From a candidate division Kazan bacterium GW2011_GWA1_50_15 (GTDB lineage Bacteria; Patescibacteriota; Kazan-3B-28), in assembly GCA_001029795.1 (NCBI GenBank), contig CP011216.1, forward strand, positions 350,767 to 414,766: 64,000 nucleotides of DNA, written 5' to 3'. Below, in pieces: positions 59,169-64,000 of the stretch. The number at the start of each line of letters is the position of its first letter. Positions within the stretch are counted from its first letter, which is position 1. Both the position numbers and the translations under genes were made by a program. The notes under the pieces were generated by a model, which searched no databases, was not told the origin of the DNA, and was given only the letters and a program-made list of their open reading frames with translations.

Positions 59169-59762
59169 ATGGATTTAGCAGTCGCACTCGGCTGGCTAAC
59201 CGCCATCACACACATCTCCGGGTTCGCAATATATACCCAGTCGATGTTAAAGGGCAAAACCGTGCTCTATACAGCGACCTGGGCATCGTGGGCTTTTATT
59301 TCAACAACCAATGCCATTACCTACTTGGTGATGACACACGATGTTGTTAAGTCCGCTGCCCCCATTTCCAGCACCTCGGCTTGTCTCATTGTGTTTTTGA
59401 TTGCTCTGTCCCAAAGACGGGCAACCAAACTGGACCCCAAAGACAAGCTTGTGGTGGCGATTGGTCTACTTTCCCTTGCGGTATGGTTGGTGTTCAAGAA
59501 TGCGGCGTCGGCTAATCTCATCCTTCAACCGGCAATCGCAATCTCGTTCATCCCTACCTATCGCGGAGTATGGGCAAAACCGGAAACGGAGAATGCTTTA
59601 CCTTGGTTCATTTGGACATTCGCTTATGTGATAAGCATAACGGTTGTCTTAATGCGCTGGGATAATTGGCTCTCTCTCGTTTATCTGGCGATGTGTCTCA
59701 TCCTCCACGGGGGAGTGGGTATCATTGCATCAACTCGGAGACACTTGCCCGACCAGAGATAA
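59169..59762 (+). CDS. polytopic membrane protein (hypothetical)
   Basis: 197 aa with 6-7 hydrophobic helices and a GGAGG SD at 59154. Confidence 0.4.
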   Translation: MDLAVALGWLTAITHISGFAIYTQSMLKGKTVLYTATWASWAFISTTNAITYLVMTHDVVKSAAPISSTSACLIVFLIALSQRRATKLDPKDKLVVAIGLLSLAVWLVFKNAASANLILQPAIAISFIPTYRGVWAKPETENALPWFIWTFAYVISITVVLMRWDNWLSLVYLAMCLILHGGVGIIASTRRHLPDQR

Positions 59763-59890
59763 CATCAACGGAAGGGCTTTTTCTTTACCCAGCCCCCACC
59801 CAAACTCCCTTATCCAAGTTCCCACTCCATCCAGAATGCACCACCAGTCTTCGTCCTGCTGTCCAGCAGGACTACGCCTGGCCCTCGCCA

Positions 59891-62131
59891 CTATTTCTTC
59901 TTCCGCTTGCGGTTCACAAAAATTAGTATCCCACCCAACACCAATTGGGTGATTTGGAGTAGGATGAACCACCACAACCAGTCCACGCGAACGGGATGGC
60001 CGAGAAAGCCGGGCACTGGCCCACCCAGCGGCGTATACATCTCCACGACTTTTTCATCTAGTGGGGTTTGGCCTTCCGCCACGGTCGGACTCTTGCCATA
60101 AGCCGTCGCTAATCTTCCATCATTCAACTGCACAACTTGCTGGAACCAATTGTAGCTAGACGAGGTGAGGTAGGGGTTAGATGCCGGGTAGGTCTTGTGG
60201 TTAACATAATCTAAAATCTCACTAAACTCTGCCGATGCTCCGGGAGTTCCCTTCGCCACTGGATCGATGTAGGCGGTGCGGTTGGGCAATAAAAACGCCT
60301 TAGAGATGGTGTGGGTTCCCATCAACACGCTCTCATAAAACTCCGACTGGCCGGTCTTGATATCAAATATCTCATACGAGGGCCTCGAGTTGGCGTCCAC
60401 TTCTAAACCGTCAGCCAGCGAGCTGCTGGAGCTGCCTTGGATGAACCTCGCCTGTTCCTCTCCCCCGATCACTAGCGCCTTGTTATTAGGCAATAGCAGA
60501 ACCGACTGATAAGCCCGACCGACTTTCAGTTGACCGATAACTTTGCTGGTCATCGTTTTGGGGTCAAAGAGCTCCACACTGCGGGTCAGTCCTAAAATGT
60601 GCCAACCGGTGATGTCGGTACCGCTAGCGTTGTAGTTACGTAAGTACCTGCCCTCGCCGAACGGTTCATTGGCTGGCAAATCTTCGATGAAACTGTGACC
60701 GCCGATTATCAGTAGCTTGCCGTTGGGGAGCTTGGTTACTGACTGCCCGGCCAGCCGAGGATTTTGCAGTTGAACTCGATTACTGGAACTAGCCGACGAT
60801 TTTTTATCCTGCGTCACATTCTGCCACTGACTGGTCTTGGCGTTCCAGCGGCTGACTCCGCTCCCTGCGACCGCGGTAGCGACGATGCTTTTGGCGTCCC
60901 CTTGACTTGCGCCCAAACCGACTGGGACTGCCATCCCGCCAGTCGAAAAATCCCATGGCGTTGCCACACCGGCTAACCCGCTAAACGGTAGTTGGGTTGG
61001 ATTATAAACTTGGGGTATCGTGATGTCCCCCTGCCCGCTCCGCGTATATTTAGTAATATCCGGCCAGTCGTCACCAAGCTTAAGATTCCCGGCTTTGGTC
61101 GTGACCGTGTAGCGCCCGTCCTCGATGGTCTGCGCGAACACTTGTTTATCGTAGCGCCAGCGGCTGAACCAATTGTCTTTAACTAGCCCCACCGCACCGG
61201 TGTTGGGATTAAAGAGCTGGCCGTAGACATGGTCGTCATTTTTGCTCCATTTAAATAGAATCTTGCCGTTAGTGAGCCGCACCGCCACCTCCACTCCGGT
61301 GACATGGTTTTGGACGGCTGTTTTGGGATAGATGAGCTGGCCGTTATTTTGCCAAATCCCCTCGTCCTGCCAGTTGGTAGCAAGACTTAGCGGCAGATTT
61401 GACTGGTGGTCGCGGGCGCGCTGCTGATCTGCCGAAAGTGAGGTCGGCGGAGTATAGGTCCAGACCTCTCCCCCGACCAAGTTCTCATGCTGGATATCCC
61501 ATTGGCCGATTCTAAAGATGAGCCGGCCATCGCTGGCTAACATATATTCAATGCGTCCCAGCGGATCATACGCACCTAAGCCTGGAATCGCCGGGGTGTC
61601 ATCCGGAGTATTAAAGACACTCAAATCGTACAAACTATAGTAAAGAGTTTTTAGTTCACCCCCGGCTAGCAGCATCAAGCCGTTGCCCGTGTAGAAAGCT
61701 CTATAACCGATGGTGCGAACTTTGAAACTGCGCTGGAGAGTCGGCGAATAGAGCGCGAATTGGTCTCCCCCGCCAGTGAGTAGGACCAGACCGTTATCCA
61801 ATTGGAAGGTATTGGTGGACTGGATGTCTTGGCCAAGAGCAACCTCGATCTTTTTTGCACTAGCTGAAAGGGTATCAAATTCTGATGCCAGAGGCTCGTA
61901 CTGGTCGTGTTGCCCCATCACATACACTGGCGAGAACTCGCCGAAGTCGGCCGTGCCACCAATGGCACCAGCCTCGTAGAGTCTGGGTGATACCGGCCGG
62001 GACAGCCACCACCACAAAAAGCCCCCAATCAAGAGCAGTAGCAAACCCAAGAGCCACCAGCGATGATGCGGTTTGGGGGCTGGGAGCATTAGAGGTAACT
62101 TTTTTAGCAGAAGCGGAGTTGATTTTTGGGG
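59891..62131 (-). CDS. large surface protein with Kelch/galactose-oxidase-like beta-propeller repeats and C-terminal TM anchor
   Basis: Repeats with LLAGG / LTGGG / VIGGE glycine doublets. C-terminal WLWWFILLQITQLVLGGILIFVNRKRKKK. The start is ambiguous (TTG 62209, ATG 62185, 62131 or 62089). Confidence 0.45.
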   Translation of the reverse strand, partial: PQKSTPLLLKKLPLMLPAPKPHHRWWLLGLLLLLIGGFLWWWLSRPVSPRLYEAGAIGGTADFGEFSPVYVMGQHDQYEPLASEFDTLSASAKKIEVALGQDIQSTNTFQLDNGLVLLTGGGDQFALYSPTLQRSFKVRTIGYRAFYTGNGLMLLAGGELKTLYYSLYDLSVFNTPDDTPAIPGLGAYDPLGRIEYMLASDGRLIFRIGQWDIQHENLVGGEVWTYTPPTSLSADQQRARDHQSNLPLSLATNWQDEGIWQNNGQLIYPKTAVQNHVTGVEVAVRLTNGKILFKWSKNDDHVYGQLFNPNTGAVGLVKDNWFSRWRYDKQVFAQTIEDGRYTVTTKAGNLKLGDDWPDITKYTRSGQGDITIPQVYNPTQLPFSGLAGVATPWDFSTGGMAVPVGLGASQGDAKSIVATAVAGSGVSRWNAKTSQWQNVTQDKKSSASSSNRVQLQNPRLAGQSVTKLPNGKLLIIGGHSFIEDLPANEPFGEGRYLRNYNASGTDITGWHILGLTRSVELFDPKTMTSKVIGQLKVGRAYQSVLLLPNNKALVIGGEEQARFIQGSSSSSLADGLEVDANSRPSYEIFDIKTGQSEFYESVLMGTHTISKAFLLPNRTAYIDPVAKGTPGASAEFSEILDYVNHKTYPASNPYLTSSSYNWFQQVVQLNDGRLATAYGKSPTVAEGQTPLDEKVVEMYTPLGGPVPGFLGHPVRVDWLWWFILLQITQLVLGGILIFVNRKRKKK

Positions 62132-62202
62132 CATCCTATCTTTTATTCTAGCGACAAACAGAAGTGAAGGCGAGACCACCGGCATATCCGAACTGGCTAC
62201 TC

Positions 62203-62231
62203 TTGACAATCAAGGTATTTTGTAGTATAAT
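62203..62231 (+). promoter_or_regulatory. consensus sigma70 promoter
   Basis: TTGACA-17 nt-TATAAT, 48 nt upstream of the ATG at 62279. Confidence 0.6.
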
Positions 62232-62278
62232 GAAATAATAGAGTTTGACCGCGCTGACCTGAAATCAAAACAAAAACT

Positions 62279-64000
62279 ATGGTGAGTAATCGTTTAGCTA
62301 GCAAACTGCGCCGTCCCCTGTCTCTCGCTACGGCTATAACTTTGGCACTCCAAAGTATTGTCTTGGGCGGCATTTTTGGCGGGAACCCGGCCATGGCCGC
62401 TACCGCCACTTTCAACTTTACTACCCCGGGAGATTATTCTCCGACCGCCAACTTTGCTATTCACGGCGGGGCGGCGCATTTCAAAGTCAGCTGGAGCGAT
62501 ACCTCCTCTGGCCTACCTACTACTGACCCGTTGACCGACCTGATCAGCCCAAGCAGTGCCGGGTTGGCCTGGGCGGCAACTGGCGGTACGGACGGAGCGT
62601 ACAAATCAACAGACTATGGCGCCACTTGGAGCAATATTAGTATCGACGCCAATTTTATCCCTGACGATTTTGAGGTAACTCCCGGGGACGGAGGCAGTAA
62701 CGCCGTTAACCTATTTGTGGGCGGGCAAGATTCCAGCGCCGCCGCTTACGCCTATTCAACCGATAACGGCACTAACTGGACATATGACGATACTACCTTG
62801 GCCCCATTTCAAGGTATCGCTTCGGTCGCCCACAAAAGTAGCGCTACCAGCTATACTTGGGTGTTGCACAAAAACGGGGCTATTAGTCGCACCGAGGATG
62901 TCGACACATTGATGGCGTGGGGTGCGCAACTACCCCCCGCATTTGGTACCGGTCGTCAGCTGCTATGGGACGCTACCGACAGTACGTTGATAGTCTCTGG
63001 CGGCAACGCGGGGACAGGAAAGGTTCTATTCTCTAGTGACAATGGTGACAACTGGACCGCGGCAACCCTGCCGGGCAGTCCGCCGGCTACCATCGACCAG
63101 ATGGTTTACAGTAATGGTTCCCTATTTGTAGGGGGTTCGGGGTATGTGGCGGTAGGAGATGTTTCGGCCGGGTTGGACCAAGCCGGTTCATGGACAGATG
63201 TTTCGGCCAATATAAACAGTGGTAACTTCACCACAGTAGCCGGTTTTGTGAGTGCCGCCAGCGGTGTGGTGCTGGTGTCGGTAGACGCCACTACGGGAAT
63301 AAGCAATGGCCAGGTCTATAGCACTATCGACGACGGTGCTAACTGGCTTACCCATGGTACCCCTGGTGCCGATGTTACGCCGGGACCATTGGTTCGCATG
63401 TTTGGCGACGGCCGATTCCTGTGGGGGCTGACTGAAGACACGGGAGCCCAGAACGAAGCGTACTTGGGTGACTTTGATACCGACAGCGCTTCGGTGATCC
63501 CCCTGACTGGCATCTCCGCTGCCACACTTTCGGCTATTGATATCACCTACAATGCCAAGAGTGAAGAGACTGACGTTGGCGTAGCTTTTGGGTTTGGAAC
63601 CGACCCGGCTGGCACCTGGTACTATGTCTCCGTCGTTGGCGGAGGCGGCGATGCCGTCTGGGAATCGACCACGACTGATGACTATCAAAAATCGAACACC
63701 GAGACTTTACTTGACGCTGAGTTGGAGGAATTCGCCACCGATGTCGAGATCACGGGCGACATCTATTTAAAGATCTACAGCAAGTCGGCTAGCGAGGTTA
63801 TCAATGATTATACCCACGACTTATTTATAATCAACCAGATCGATGTCACCTACACGGCCGGCACCCTAACTGTCACGGCCCCGAATGGTGGTGAAAATTG
63901 GACTATTGGTAGCACCCAGGACATCACCTGGGACAGTACAGGGTTCGGTGGCGGGAACATTATCGACATAGACTATTCGACTAATGCTGGAGGCGGTTGG
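62279..64000 (+). CDS. secreted BNR/Asp-box repeat protein (sialidase-like / Ycf48-like beta-propeller); 3'-truncated by the window end, absent from the ORF track
   Basis: An open frame of 574 codons runs to the window edge. Signal peptide MVSNRLASKLRRPLSLATAITLALQ. Repeated S-x-D-x-G-x-(T/N)-W motifs (KSTDYGATW, STDNGTNW, SSDNGDNW, TIDDGANW). Confidence 0.55.
   Translation, partial: MVSNRLASKLRRPLSLATAITLALQSIVLGGIFGGNPAMAATATFNFTTPGDYSPTANFAIHGGAAHFKVSWSDTSSGLPTTDPLTDLISPSSAGLAWAATGGTDGAYKSTDYGATWSNISIDANFIPDDFEVTPGDGGSNAVNLFVGGQDSSAAAYAYSTDNGTNWTYDDTTLAPFQGIASVAHKSSATSYTWVLHKNGAISRTEDVDTLMAWGAQLPPAFGTGRQLLWDATDSTLIVSGGNAGTGKVLFSSDNGDNWTAATLPGSPPATIDQMVYSNGSLFVGGSGYVAVGDVSAGLDQAGSWTDVSANINSGNFTTVAGFVSAASGVVLVSVDATTGISNGQVYSTIDDGANWLTHGTPGADVTPGPLVRMFGDGRFLWGLTEDTGAQNEAYLGDFDTDSASVIPLTGISAATLSAIDITYNAKSEETDVGVAFGFGTDPAGTWYYVSVVGGGGDAVWESTTTDDYQKSNTETLLDAELEEFATDVEITGDIYLKIYSKSASEVINDYTHDLFIINQIDVTYTAGTLTVTAPNGGENWTIGSTQDITWDSTGFGGGNIIDIDYSTNAGGGW

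Noticed and set aside
58419-59350. Track ORFs 58419..58763(+), 58895..59257(-) and 59006..59350(+)
   Set aside because: They overlap the tmRNA (ssrA) gene at 58698..59069. The GGGGIRTPV stretch in the 120-aa ORF is simply the tRNA-like T-arm read in reverse.
62197-62479. Track ORFs 62197..62415(-) and 62294..62479(-)
   Set aside because: They are antisense to the open 574-codon BNR-repeat gene that starts at 62279 behind a consensus promoter.

Overview
The window is about 64 kb of a compact bacterial chromosome, 50-55% GC. From the gene content and the rRNA architecture I infer a Candidate Phyla Radiation (Patescibacteria-like) organism; this is an inference, not a database hit.

Housekeeping genes I recognise by motif: miaA, proS, arcA (arginine deiminase), argS, def, fmt, purB, obg, rpmE, prfA, prmC, gmk, an RluA-family pseudouridine synthase, lspA, lgt, smpB, a ComM/YifB-type ATPase and a CapA-family protein. 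There is a GtrA/GtrB-like pair plus a methyltransferase.

RNA genes: tRNA-Pro(TGG); four consecutive tRNA-Arg genes (ACG, TCT, CCG, CCT) directly after argS; a tmRNA that the ORF track misses; and a 5S rRNA.

The minus-strand 23S rRNA is delimited by a perfect 19-bp leader/trailer processing stem. It is interrupted by a group I intron carrying a LAGLIDADG homing endonuclease gene, and by four paralogous insertions bounded by the same terminal inverted repeats. Those four sit at helix tips (helix 9, helix 25, and domain III/IV helix tips), and one of them encodes a minimal GIY-YIG nuclease. No 16S gene is linked to the 23S, and a small membrane-protein gene sits in the 23S-5S spacer.

The accessory content is dominated by cell-surface loci. 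The main one is a duplicated WxL-like / DUF916-DUF3324 cluster: each DUF916-DUF3324 protein carries two C-terminal LysM domains after its membrane anchor, and a polytopic GT-C-like membrane protein is embedded in the cluster. Others are a PKD/SBBP lipoprotein, a His-box triple-repeat secreted protein with a decayed orphan copy of its own C-terminus downstream, a wHTH plus Cas2-like-fold orphan protein with no CRISPR array, and a minus-strand operon containing a 1218-aa protein and two dockerin-like C-termini.

Two copies of an 80-110 nt MITE-like repeat (TIR GTCATCC) and several consensus sigma70-type promoters and rho-independent terminators are visible. All functional calls rest on motif-level recognition of the translated ORFs and on my memory of E. 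coli rRNA, tRNA and tmRNA structure. Exact rRNA and intron ends are uncertain to about +/-15 nt, and no homology searches were run.
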